From contig JBEWZL010000209.1 in assembly GCA_045837725.1 (NCBI GenBank), forward strand, positions 620,001 through 649,273: 29,273 nt of DNA, read 5' to 3'. The position numbers and the translations under genes were made by a program. Positions 10,676-22,800 of this stretch are shown one piece after another; position 1 is the stretch's first letter; each line of letters begins with the position of its first letter. The notes under the pieces are model-generated. The model worked only from the letters and a program-made list of their open reading frames with translations. It made no database searches and was not told the DNA's origin. Origin of the DNA: Vermamoeba vermiformis (lineage: Eukaryota).

Positions 10676-13080
10676 ATGGTAAGTTTCCTGTCAAAGTAAA
10701 ATTGCACTGCTAGAGCGAATCGAATAATAGGTTTATTACTACTTAATAATGTATATTTCTAGTCGCAAAAAGATTACTTGGGCTTGGTGCGAAGCTACCA
10801 CTCTGAACGTTCTGGAGAATCTGCAAGCAACCACAACCAACCGGAGAGTGAACAGGAGTTTACTGAGGTAAGATTCGTTGCGGATTAACTACAAGCTTTT
10901 GTGGTTTAATATTTTTACATCCGTATCCAATTTAACATGTTTTTTTCCAGACTAGTACTTCTGTGCGAACGAACCCGGCACGCAAAGCCAAGGACGAATT
11001 CAATGCGTGGAGTTATTATGGTACGTCCTGAAACGATTTTTTCATCTTTTTTTGGATGCGGATTTAACATCCAATTTTAGAGTCGGATGAAGAAGTGTCC
11101 AGCAACATCTCGGCTCTTGAAGGTTTTGCTGAGCCTTCAGACAAGAAAGCAGCCAACACTAAATACTGGCTGAGCAACCCTGCCATGGAAGCGCACGATT
11201 GGAATGATCTTCACCAAACGGATGTCCCATCTGACGGGGATCTTGACTTCGTAGAAAACGACGAACAGCCTCTGCCCAACGATGAAGAGTTCATGGAGTT
11301 GGACAAGAGTGATGAGCAGGATGCTTACATGGACGAACCATCGTCCAGTGGTGATAGCGATTCCAGCTCCGACTCCAAGGCCAATGCTAGCAGCGACGTC
11401 GATTCCAGCTCTGAGGATGGTGACGACTCCAAGGCCAATGCTAACGGCAACGTCGATTCCAGTTCAAGGGATGGCGATGACTCGAAGGTTAATGCTGGTG
11501 GTGACGGCGATTCCAACTCCAAGGATGGTGACGACTCGAAGGCCAATGCTAGCAGCGACGTCGATTCCAGCTCTGAGGATGGTGACGACTCCAAGGCCAA
11601 TGCTAGCAGCGACGTCGATTCCAGCTCTGAGGATGGCGACGATTCCGGGGCCAATGCTAATGACGGAGACAATTCCAGCTCCAAGCGTGACGACTCCAGG
11701 GTCAATGCCAATGATCTTGATGGTCAACCAAATCTGCCTAAGCAAGCTCGTATGCCGCGTGGTGATGCTTCACGGCAGCGCGTTAATTCTACAACTGTAG
11801 CGCTGTCATCCCCTACCAGCCAAAAGACTAAAAGAGTTCGATTTAAATTGCCCACGATCGTGCGCACAAAAGCTCGAGACCATAAGCGCTCTTCTAAAAT
11901 ACTTCAGAAAGGTAAGTAGTCACTGCAGCAATTAATATAGATGGCTTATAATTTATTTCTAGATCGAGAAGCCTTGCGACTGAAGCGAGCGGCAAAGGCG
12001 AAGAAGCAATCTCATTACTCCGCAGGTCAGTATCAAAGTGAAATCAATTATAATTTACTAATTGTCTTTTAGAGACCAAGTGTAGCAACCTCAAGCAATT
12101 ATTGAAGGCGCAAGGTTCTCAAGAGGCGAAGGACAAGATAATTCACAAATATATCCGAGCGCTTTGTCAGAACTTGAATGTTCTAACCGAGTTCGGAGTG
12201 AATTGCTTGATAAAGGGCGAGGGCAAGTTCATTGGCTTTGGCTACAAAAAGAAGAAGTACAAACTCAAGCTTGCAAGCGGGGCAAAATCCTCCAAGCAAG
12301 GTGAAGCTGCTTGTCGGGAGGGTTCTCGTGCCACGACAACTTTGAGAACTGAAAAAGGTATTAGTTTTAAGTCAAATACCATTCTTTGACTAACAAACCG
12401 TGATAGAGCCGTCTGCTCGGGTTCGTAGTCTTCTTAACGAATGCCGTTTTCTTCGGGAGACCTACGAAAGGTTCTCGAACTTAAACAATGTCGGCTTACC
12501 TGCGGTTGCAACGACCCCAGGGCACGAGGTGCTGAGTTACTTCGTTTCTGGAGCGTTGGACCTAGAGTTCGATGAGAACGTGGACAAGGTCTCCAGTTCC
12601 ATCGATGCCCAACTTCAACTGGTCTCAAAACTTGAGCTTCGCGTTGTTGAGCTGACCGTCCTGATCAAGCTCAAGACCTTTTACATCGGTGCTCTCGTGG
12701 ATAAGCTGTCAGCTTTCTTTCGCGACAGATCGCACGCCGAAAATACGCAAGCCATGCAAGTGGAAGTGAACGACAATATCTTCAAAGTTTTGCAACACTG
12801 TGCACCTTCAAGTTTGGTTGCTGCCATGCCGGATGATCCGAACATTAAGAAGTTGGCTAGCAACGCATCCAAGTCGAACATGCAACGCAAGTTTTTCCGC
12901 CAATGGAAATTTCGGTTAAGCCGATTTTTTAGCATATGCTCAATTGAGCGAAAATTGCTTTTTACGGACTTGTCTCTCACGCAGATTGTGCGAACATTTC
13001 CGGACCCAAATTCGACAATGATTTTGTTCGATTACATTCGGACACATTCGGAAGAATATCCAGATTGGCTAACTCCTTAA
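10676..13080 (+). CDS. Gene A2: core gene 1, acidic repeat region plus conserved helical C-terminal domain; paralog of B3
   Basis: Seven exons from ATG|GTAAGT at 10676 splice in frame. C-terminus FFRQWKFRLSRFFSICSIERKLLFTDLSLTQIVRTF aligns with B3 AFRRWKSDLTKFFQLCSLKPVLLFSSLSYYFLVRSF. Confidence 0.8.
11356..11710 (+). repeat. Coding tandem repeat, 54 bp / 18 aa (DSSSEDGDDSKANASSDV), ~6 copies
   Basis: Seen in ORF 11095-11919 and in the DNA (gattccagctctgaggatggtgacgactccaaggccaatgct). Confidence 0.95.
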
Positions 13081-13086
13081 TACTAG

Positions 13087-16000
13087 CTTCGAGACATCAC
13101 CAACTCTTACCAGCAGGCAACTACCGACAATCGAAGTACGTAACTGCCTTCATGTTTACCGTAGCTAATTGTTTGTGAAAGGTTCTTCTATTTCACCTTT
13201 CAAAGTCAATTTTGATCTTCGCGAGTTCAACATGTCCGTCTGTGAAGGCAATTACGACTCAGACAAAGAAAATGCAATGGATTTTGATTTTTACAGTAAC
13301 AGTGAGTATTAATTATACATATAAATAATTCCTAACTGGTTGACGTGGTGCAGAAATGGACGATGCCGAGCTGGTTGAGGATCCGGAGTTGAAGCGACTC
13401 GAAGAAGAAGACGTTTGCACGCTTACTGGTAAGTTACAAAAGATGATATGGCGCCACTAATTATACTTCAGAGAATTGGCTAGCTGCCACCGAGTCCACT
13501 GGTCTATGTTATTTGGCACAACTTCGTGCGGCGCAGGGAACCCTTGATAGTATGTGCTGAGTCTTTTTACGAGTAGTGTTTAATACTCATTAACAGCACC
13601 TGCGTCAAAGCGTTCGACTTCGAGTAGAGTTTCTGCTCATCTGTCGCCCAACGTAGCAGAATCTCCTTCGAAGTGGCTTCGCAGCTCCCCAGTGAGCCCA
13701 AGTCAGCCACCAAGGGTGATGCCTCCCCGACGTTCAAGTCCGTTGCAAGTGCTCAATGCCACGCCTGAGCGACGATCACCAGCTCATGCGACACCAAAGC
13801 CCTCACAGCCGATTCGCACAAGCCCTATTCACTCTCCTTGTTTGTCTCCTGTGGGTTCGCCAAGCAACGACGAGGAAGACGTTGTGGGTTCACCAAATGC
13901 TTCGTGGTGCAATCACCGATCTGACGACGAAGAGTTCTCCGAAGCCTTTGTGGCCTCGCCAAGCGATGACGAAGAACTCTCTGAGAGCTTTGTGGGTTCG
14001 CCAAGCAACGACGAGGAAGACGTTGTGGGTTCACCAAATGCTTCGTGGTGCAATCACCGACCTGACGACGAAGAGTTCTCCGATGACTTCTACTCGTTGG
14101 TTAGAGACTGGCTTGCAGACGGCTCGGAGTCGAGCTTACCTGACCTGCTTCGATTCAACAAGTTGACTGATAAGGAGAAATCTGCCTTTTATACTTATGC
14201 AGAGCGGTAAGAGCAAATTTAAATTCCAGCCTGTTCGCTGACGTTTTGTTTACCAGTGATTTTATTGAGCACAGTTCGGGGCAGAAAGCTTACAAGGCTG
14301 AGTACCTCGATCGAATGCGCGCGGCACTTGAGACTGGCAGAGCTAAAGTTAGCGTCTACACTCAGCATTTGCTGCGAAACGCAAAGATCGTTAGTAGCGA
14401 CGCTGACTTTGGTTCTGATTTCGCGCGGGACATCGCTTGGATGACTTCCCAAGCCTATATTGGTCCAAGCTATCACCTCACGGCTAAGCACGATATGCAA
14501 ATCACCAGCAGCATCGACAACGATTTCATCGGCTTCGTGTTTGAAGATATTACCTTCATTAAGGTTCTAGTTGACCTTGTCTATTGCCCTGATTTTAGCC
14601 CGTCTGCAAAGCTCGACGATTGCAAGATGAAGTATGCTGGCAAATCTTTACACACCATTCCAAATATCTCGCTTGGGTAAGCGATACTTTTTGTTTGTTT
14701 CAAGCGCTGAATTATATTCTATTATTAGGTGCATTAATGAGAGTCTCTCGCTATACGTTACCTTTCCGTTCTGGGACGAGGATTGGGCGACTGTCATTCA
14801 CAGCTTTTTCAAAAGTTGTATCTATGAAGGTAACTTGGTTCGCTAAATCGATTACGACTTCTAATGTTAAATTCAGGGGTGCGCAACTCCAAACAAAACC
14901 GAACAGCACCGTTAGCGCCCTCATACGAGGTCGGTCTTAGGGTAACGCTACCCGGCATGACATTTTCGGCTAAATGTAGCACAATTAATAGTATTGGAAA
15001 AGCAATCAACGACTTCACGGAGCAAAACAAAAAGTAAGGTGCTAAACTACTAAATCCTATTAACGCTCTAATACAGGATGCAACCAGTGTTTGTAGTTCA
15101 ATATTTCGGACAAAAGGAGCCTGTTAGCCGGGCACGCGTCAAGAAAATCTACAAAGAGTTGGGCAAGTCGTTCGATATGGATATGGTGTACAATCATCGC
15201 CACGGGTCTAAAGCTTGGTTCTTCTTTGACATTGCCGAGGACTTTGCGTAAGTATAACGTTACTTTGTAACCGTATCTGTATTAATACCTTTTGTAGGTG
15301 CGGGGATCTCGAGAATGTAACGCTGTTTTTCACCCGAGAAGTCACACACTTGCTGAAAGACCGACAGCGATCCCCATTTGCGAGCTTGATGGTGCGAAAC
15401 TCGACTAAAACTGTACGAAAGCGTTCTGATGATCAATCAAAAGACTACAAAAGTTACACGTAAGTGCAGCGCGGGCATTGATTACGATTACTAATCTTCT
15501 CTTAAAGTTGCACAGAATATCCTAACTATGGGATTGGCTCGTTTGCAAGTCTAACGCTTCATTGGAAAAATCAGTACTCTCTTCTGCACAAAATTAAAGT
15601 TTACGACAAGTCGAGCGAAGTCTTCCGCCACAACTCGCCGTTCGCTGATGTCTGGCATGCAGCTCTCTCATTTCCTTTTCAGAGTGTTAAATCCTTGTTC
15701 TCTAGTGCGCCGGCTCTTTCAAAGAGACTGGAAAATCGCTTGAAAAGTGAAGAGGAGCAGGTTAGCGCTCGCACTCATTACAACCGTGCGGAGGCTTTGT
15801 ATTCTCAAGTATTGCCAGACAAAGCATACGGACCGCGAGTGGAGCTTACACTGCAAAATGCAACTTTGGAGGAGCTTACACGGGCCTATGACGCGCTAGC
15901 GGAGTTTGCAGAGGCTGTTGTATGCCTTTTCAACGTGACAAAGGCAATATATCAATGCGGTTTGGCCCCGAAAGAGATACTGCGGTGTTGCCCGATCCAA

Positions 16001-17549
16001 GCCGTGCAAACAGAAACATTATGTTCCATCCCTCGCATGTTCACGCGTAGCATTGCTAACTACTTCTACTCATTATTGCAGCATATAACGTCCGGTAAGT
16101 TTCATAATCCACTTTATTTTCGATTTTACTAACGAAAATCACAGCCAACCACTTGCAAGCATTCGCGTACAATGACCACTTTGTTCGTCTTGCATTTTTG
16201 CTGCAGGACCAATTAACTTTCATCTGGTCTGGCTCTGTTCAATCACTACTTCATCCGACGCTCTTCACTCGGTACAAGCAACCAGAAGCTGTGTTTGAGT
16301 ACGGACACTTCTACGTGAGCAAAGAGCTGCTTGTGCCTAGCCTAGACTTTGCAAAGGCTAGATTGTATGCAGTTTATCGTGAGAACGAGACCGACAACGA
16401 TGAAGTTGACCTACTCGACGTGGGCTTACCGCGCCAGTTTATTTACAAGATATTTCCGGACGCCAGCGATCAACAAACTCTTAACGAAATCTTAACAAAT
16501 GTGCGATTATGCTTGTGCTCGTCGGATGGTGTTGTGTCCCCAAAAGACAGATCCATCAGCTCGATTTTAGCTGCCAATTTGGTCAACTCTCTATTTGCGG
16601 CCTTGTTTAGTGCAGCGAACATTGTCTCGTCATCCAAGAAGGCGCAATTCGTCAAGTTGTTGCAAGGAAAGGATCGAGATGCGATCAAGTCATTTCTCGA
16701 GCGCGCTTATTTAACACAGACGAGTTCTGAGACTCCTATCGAGGTACGGAATAATTAAATGCTCGATGGCGTTTCTAACGTCTTTTTAGATACTTTTTAA
16801 AGAAGGATTACGAAGTGTTCGTGACATCGTTGACATTGCATTCCCTCTCGAGCCAACAGATCAGCCATTTAACCGCACGCCAGTGAAAGTCAATTTCGCT
16901 AAACAATGGACTCTCGCAACAAAATCCGTCATCGGGCATCTGAATGATCGCTTGAAGGTTGGCAATTTGAAAGCAGCGAAGACTTTGCAACATATTCGGT
17001 CGTACACCCACGACATCCTAACTGCGGAATCCATCGTTGCGAAAGTGCGTGGCTTGCTGTCTGACTTATCCTTGCGGTTCTTCCCTGCTTTCTCATCGCA
17101 TACTTTCTGGGGCTACAATGGCAAGTTTAAACTCACTGCAGTAGTACCTAGCTCACGACCTCGCGTTTTGCAAATCATCAGTGGCAAACCTATACTAACG
17201 GAGTCAAAACAAGTCATCGACAACGAAGCCAAACTTCGCGTAAGTTGCTAAGTCGTGTATAGCACCGTAGATTTTGCTAAGTTTTTTTCAGCTTCTTAGG
17301 TATATCTGCATGCATTCTAAGGAAGTAGAGGGCGTAAAAAGCCGATCTGAACTGCTCGCGCATTGCACGTATCACGCTTTCAGAAAGACGGACATGACGG
17401 TTAAAAGACCCAAGTACCACAACGCTGAGAGGGACTTCATTTTCGCGACTGGCTTATTCCCGTGGGTTCCTCCAAGAGCCCAGATCTTGCCCGCGCCAGA
17501 TTCGGTGTGGTTAAAAAAGTTCCGCGATATTTTTGGCAAGGAAAACTAG
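13087..17549 (+). CDS. Gene A3: core gene 2, large multi-exon protein with Rep_trans-like motifs (putative rolling-circle initiator/transposase); apparently intact
   Basis: About 14 exons splice in frame to TAG at 17549. Motifs IDNDFIGFVF (14513), FFDIAED (D at 15228), KIKVYDK (Y at 15602), GPRVELTL (R at 15836). The start is either shared A2 5' exons or ATG 13232. Coding status is well supported; the function call is inference. Confidence 0.75.
13850..14083 (+). repeat. ~93-bp coding duplication (VGSPSNDEEDVVGSPNASWCNHRxDDEEFS), 141-bp period
   Basis: Near-identical copies at 13850-13942 and 13991-14083. Confidence 0.95.
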
Positions 17550-17840
17550 TTTGTAATGCTCTGTTATTGCAGTAAACATAACTCAATATTACTCGCGCAT
17601 TCAACACGTAAGTCTCAAGCACTAAAAGCCAGAATAATGTTGATTTGTTTTGATCCGGATCTTTTCTTTTACGTTAATTTACCCCAAATTTACTTATTTT
17701 TATTTGTTTATATGTCATAAATTACGATATTAAAAATATTTGAATTAAATCATGCGAGTCAAAATCTTGCATCCGAATCCGCAATTAGTATACTATGTAG
17801 GGCTAACTTCTACTTTAGGGTTTAACTTTTAACTTTTTTT

Positions 17841-18135
17841 ACAGGGGCGTCCCCGTGACGTGGACGGGGGTCTGGTCAAACTTGGTCAACAAGGGGGCGT
17901 CCCCGTGGCGCGGACGGGGGTCTGGTCAAACTTGGTCAACAAGGGGGCGTCCCCGTGGCGCGGACGGGGGCTGGTCAAACTTGGTCAACAAGGGGGCGTC
18001 CCCGTGGCGCGGATGGGGGTCTGGTCAAACTTGGTCAACAAGGGAGCGTCCCTGTGGTGTGGATGGGGGTCTGGTCAACAACAAGTGTTCCCACGGCACA
18101 GATCAGGGTCTGGTAAAATTGGTCAACAGGAGGCG
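17841..18135. repeat. 50-bp GC-rich tandem array with CCCCGT-ggcgcgg-ACGGGG hairpin, ~6 copies decaying rightwards
   Basis: Unit aagggggcgtccccgtggcgcggacgggggtctggtcaaacttggtcaac at 17841, 17891, 17941, 17990, 18040 and a degenerate copy at 18080. Confidence 0.95.
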
Positions 18136-18243
18136 TTCCTGTCACATTAAACATCATGTAGAGGGCTTGTATTGACTTCATTTAAGTGTAAAATAAAGAT
18201 TTCATGTGCCAATACAAAGCGAGTGTTTTTTTAAGTAATCAAA

Positions 18244-18301
18244 TTTATGGCCAGCCATAAAGCTAAACAGACTGAGGATACAAATTATGGCCAGCCATAA
18301 A
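18244..18301. repeat. Two copies of the palindrome TTTATGGCC(G>A)GCCATAAA
   Basis: 18244-18261 and 18284-18301; same motif as in the 20.2 kb and 25.2 kb arrays. Confidence 0.9.
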
Positions 18302-18433
18302 AAAAAAGGAAACTGGATGAACTCTACCTTTAAGGTGAGGCAGACAAGTTCTTGAGACAATTTTACCCAAAATAAAAGAGCAAGATGTCAAAGTACAAGT
18401 CACATTTACCAAAAGACGTTTTTTATTGAAAAT

Positions 18434-19611
18434 TTACAAGGAGTAAATGTCTAAATTAATGAAAGAATACATTTGTTTAATTTGAGCAATTTTTTTGGCA
18501 CCGTTGCCTTGAAGAACCATTTTGATGAGAACAGTGACAGATACAGGAGAGGTCGGGTCATTGATGTCAAAATTAGAAGAGCAATCAAGAAGCAATAATT
18601 TCTTGCCATTTTTAATCATATCTTGCAACAATCTAAGGCATGCAGGCTTCGCAGTTTCTAAAACCCATAGATAAGGCAAAATGAAGAACAAGTCATGTGC
18701 CATGGAAGGAGTGATAATGATGGCGCTCGTTTCCCCCTATTATGACAATTAGATAAGAATTATTGAATGCAAATAGTAAACTTACCAATTGCCAGCCTAA
18801 AAGTTCTTTTGACGGTTCCTTGCGGTGAATTTTTTCTTGCAACTGCAACATTGTTGTGTTGATTGTAGGATTGCTTTTGAATAGTTTGAAGCATTCATAA
18901 ATGCCTTGAACTGTAATTGAGTTCCTGGATGAATTGATAACCTACTTGAATGGTTAATATGTAAAGGCAAGTGAAACAAAGGGCACGTACCGGAATATGG
19001 GAAATAGCTGGTTGAAAATGAGCTTGCAAGGTGTAGAATACTTTGGTAGTATCTCTAATTACAATCTTGGTGTTAGAAGACAATAAAATGCCAGAAAAAA
19101 CAACTTACGTAATATCAATAACCTCTAAGTCCAAATGTCGTTGTCTTAACAAGGAGATTGTTTTGGTGTCGCTGACCTTTGCGCAAAAAATTGAAGGGGG
19201 TTGGGCTGGTAGTGAAGGAGGCTGAAAGTTTGTTGTTGCCTTGCAGTCATCGCTCTCAAGGGCCGTTGCAGGACAACCATTTGGAGAGAAGCGCTCAAGT
19301 ACTTCAGGTTCGGAGCTTGTGTCTGCAAAACTAATGAGCTTGTGAAGGGCAAAAGAAGTAAGGGAACAAACCATCTTCGGATTGAATCTTCTGTTTGCCC
19401 ATATTGTGCACTCTTTGTACTGTAAAAACTATCAGTAAATTATAAAAATAATTATGATATAACTTACTTTCTTCTGCCGTTGGTTTGTAGCCAGCAGGTT
19501 TTCCTATTTTGCGTGCCAGATGTCAGTCAGTCACTTGTCACGAAAAAAAAGAAATGATAATAGTTACAACTTACCAGCATAAAGAAGCATTATTTTATCA
19601 GCAAGGTTCAT
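18434..19611 (-). CDS. Gene B1: DUF6939-like (NADAR-related) protein, ~285 aa, seven exons
   Basis: Spliced product ..LEVIDITDTTKVFYTLQAHF..HIPV..ITVQGIYECFKLF..LLGWQLG..FILPYLWVLE..LLLLDCSSNFDINDPTSPVSVTVLIK follows the pattern I recall for DUF6939 (IIDVTS..GIPVP..SVEGIWQGLKVF..YxPxYxWVLE..VLLDYxTNxD..PLSHA). Confidence 0.7.
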
Positions 19612-19899
19612 TTATTCAGTGATTTCTAAATTTTCTACAAAATAATTAAATAATTGGATGCGGATTTAAAGCACCAGTGAATTTGGGTAGCTGGCTTATG
19701 TACATAAATTAATAATGTAAAAATGGTTTACTTACTTTAAGTCTTTCAGGTAGAATGGCCTTCGTGGTTGTGGTACCTCGTGGAAAAAATTTTGATCTAG
19801 ACCAGAGTTTTTTTTTTGTTTTGCTTTATTTTAACTTGTAAACCCAAGTAATACCTCTTGTGGCATTTAAAAAACCAAGCCCTCACCACCGGAATTGCA

Positions 19900-22800
19900 A
19901 TGGAAGACGTGGTAAAAGCGCGCGAGATCGTACAACAAAATCTGCCAGAATTGCCCAGTGAAGTAAGTTAAAATACTAAATTTACCTGGCAAATAATTAT
20001 ATATTATACCTTGCAACCAATAAACTGGTTTGCCTTGGTTTTAACTGCTTTTTTTTTTTTTAATCCGCATCCGGATCTTTTTTTTTAAATTAAATTCTTG
20101 CCTGGCTTCAATTAGTACACCAATTATATTATTATAATTAGAATTTTAAAATTTTAGCTTAAATTAAACCAAACTGCTGGACAAAGGAACTTACGCACCT
20201 TACATTTTATGGCCGGCCATAAAATTTTTACCAGGACTAAGTCCAAAAATGCCTCAAAGGCGCAGGTTCGAATCCGGGTGGGGGCAATTTTTTTTATTTT
20301 CTTTATGGCCGGCCATAGAGTCCTGCTATATTGCCTCAAAGGTGCAGGTTCGAATCCAGGTGCGGGCAATTGTTTTTATTTTTCTTTATGGCTGGCCATA
20401 GAATTTCTACTGCACTGGAGCAGGTTTGAATCCAGGTGCGGGCAGTTTTTTTATTTTTCCTTTATGGCCGGCCATAGAGTCCTGCTATATGCCTCAAAGG
20501 CGCAGGTTCGAATCCGGGTGCGGGCAATTATTTTTATTTTCTTTATGGCCGGCCATAGAATTTTTTTATTGCAGAATTACCCTGTCTTCTTTTTTTTCTT
20601 ATGTTGGCCACCTATCCAATTATTTCTAGTATAAATCAACACATAGTTGTCTTTTTTTTGGACTTTCTGCATCGAATCTGATCCGATTCAGATGCAGTGT
20701 AGGTCATCAAACACAGTGCTAATTATATTTTTACAGACATTTGCCTTGGATACCTCACAGTACGAGGTTGTTACAGAGTTTGACACGTTAACTGACAGGC
20801 CTTGTGCAAATCCCGGATGCGCACAAACCGAGTGCTACCTGTAAGCAGCACTCCATGAAATTAACTTGTTAATTTTTTCTGCAGCTTGCCACATTTGAAT
20901 GTTTCCTTTTGCAAGCAACAGCTTCAACAGGGAGCAACAATGGTTACGTTGTCGGAGCCCTTGTACTCCAAAGGTAGCTCAATTAAAGGACGAGGGTAAG
21001 ATGACAGAAATATACATATAAGTAGATGATTATAATTCTAACAAACCTCCTTTGTTGCAGCTTTAATATTCGTGAGTTGTCCATGGATCATGTCAAGCGA
21101 CTCATGTTAATCTGCGTGCCATGGTACTCAAGCCAAGGAACTCCAACAGTCGTGCCAATACGACATAAAGAAACAAAGGAGTATGGCTATGCTGTTTGCA
21201 TTGGTATGTACTATATTTGTCTGAAGACGTCGTACTTTTTTTAATTCAATTTGCCCCAAGGACAACATCGTGCTCTTGTGGGTCATTACTTTATGCAATG
21301 GAAGTTGATTGATACAATGCAAGTGAATATTCTTTTGCCATCAAGTATGCAGGTGAGTAAAGAATTGAATGGTGTAAAAAACATGACTAAACTTCTTTTA
21401 GGACTTGTACAACAGAGGATTGGACATGCAGAAGAATGACACGAAACACTTTTTGGATCTACATGCAATGGATAAAGTGCTTCTAATCCAACAGTTATGC
21501 GACTCAATGGCTAAAATGGATGGAACCACTTACCCAGAGGCTACCCAAGCAAAGCAGAACGAGTATGTCAAAAGAGCAAATGAGGCACTCGAAAACCAGA
21601 AGCTTGGTATGCAATATATATCTTTTAATTATTTGCAAAGTACTCATTCTTTTTTTGGTACAGGTGATTGCGTGCAGTTGTTCAAATTTTTACCACGACA
21701 GTTATTCTCAGATCCAAGTGTTGTTCTGACAAGTTATCTCACACTGGCCAATGTTTTCACTGCGTAAGCTAACCACCAATTGATATTTGGCATTCTAAAG
21801 TATTGTTTTTTAGGAAAAAGCAACCATTTACTGTGAAGAACTTACTTGGAGTTGCTATTAAGAATATAGCAGAGAAAGACAAGGTGGAGCTGCTGACACG
21901 ACTAATTGAACGCACCAAAAACTACCAAAAATGGTGTATGTTGATTTTATTCCCAGATTGTGTTAAACTAATGAATATTACTTGTTAGGGCTTGATAGGC
22001 GTGAAGAAGCTCTGAAGCACTTTGCTACAACTGGCAGGAAGAAAAGTTATCTCCCTGATCAAATGAAGTGTAAGTAGTTAATTGATTAGTATTCTTACTA
22101 ATAATGACTTTTCCTCAGCCGTGCCAGAAATGCCTTCATGGAGGGAGGAGATAGTTATATGGCGTGGCAAAATGCTGCTAAAGGAGAGGTGCGTGCACAT
22201 CTTGAATCTTCCTCTTGAAGAATGGGATTCGGATTTGCACAAGACAGCAGAGAAGTTTTTTGTTGACAACCTTCAACAAGGGCTTTTGGCTAGTGAAGGC
22301 CAATACTTATATGAATCAGAATTCTCCCTGCAGCTGGGCAAGATTCCTAATTTTGCACAAGCAGTGAAGAAGTGGATTGTGCCAAGATACATGTACTACG
22401 AGCCTTCTCAAGTTTCTCAGGTGCTGGCTGAAGTTAAGAAGGGTGTTATAATCACTCTTTCTTCGTACAACCTCACTCCTGATGCCTTTACCCTGCTCTA
22501 TGGTGATCGTAACAAATTGCCAACAATCGGTAAGCTTATCTGACTTATTGTTTTGCCAGTGGTTAGTATTAATGTTAATTTCTTAGCTGTTCTACCTCCT
22601 GAAGTAGCACGTAGTGATAAGATTCGTCCATATTTCACAGCTCTTTGGATAGATGAGAATTGCGCCATTGGCATTCGTAATTTTGATTCACTGTGCAAGA
22701 CATCAGTACAGCTCAATGCATTTTTTGAGTGTGTTGCTTGGGGAGTGACAGATGGCAAACTGCTTCACAAAGAAACCAAAAAGACTGCCATCATAAATGG

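Larger units (their letters stand above)
6525..17792 (+). mobile_element. Element A (~11.3 kb): putative TIR-less DNA transposon with a Rep_trans-like core gene
   Basis: Begins where the TET reading frame breaks, after TATA; first 30 nt match element B's start with identical spacing; subterminal hairpin array; core genes paralogous to B; ends in TATA at the junction with B. Confidence 0.7.

Noticed and set aside
11282-11800. Alternate-frame and antisense ORFs over the acidic repeat, and similar shadow ORFs elsewhere (e.g. 659-1036, 1781-2287, 24342-24821)
   Set aside because: They overlap better-supported spliced genes and lack independent coding signals.
6525-17792. Helitron, Replitron, Crypton or DDE transposon assignment
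   Set aside because: I found no HUH + Tyr motifs, PIF1 helicase Walker motifs, tyrosine-recombinase tetrad or TIRs, and the ends are not TC..CTRR.
6546-17822. Telomeric TTTAGGG repeats at 6546 and 17814
   Set aside because: Single copies only; treated as part of the element terminus motif.
17855-18175. ORFs 17855-18175 and 17860-18150
   Set aside because: Translations of the 50-bp tandem repeat.
20154-20634. ORFs over the palindrome/B-box arrays (also 25264-25504)
   Set aside because: Repeat-derived; they lie in an intron or intergenic DNA.
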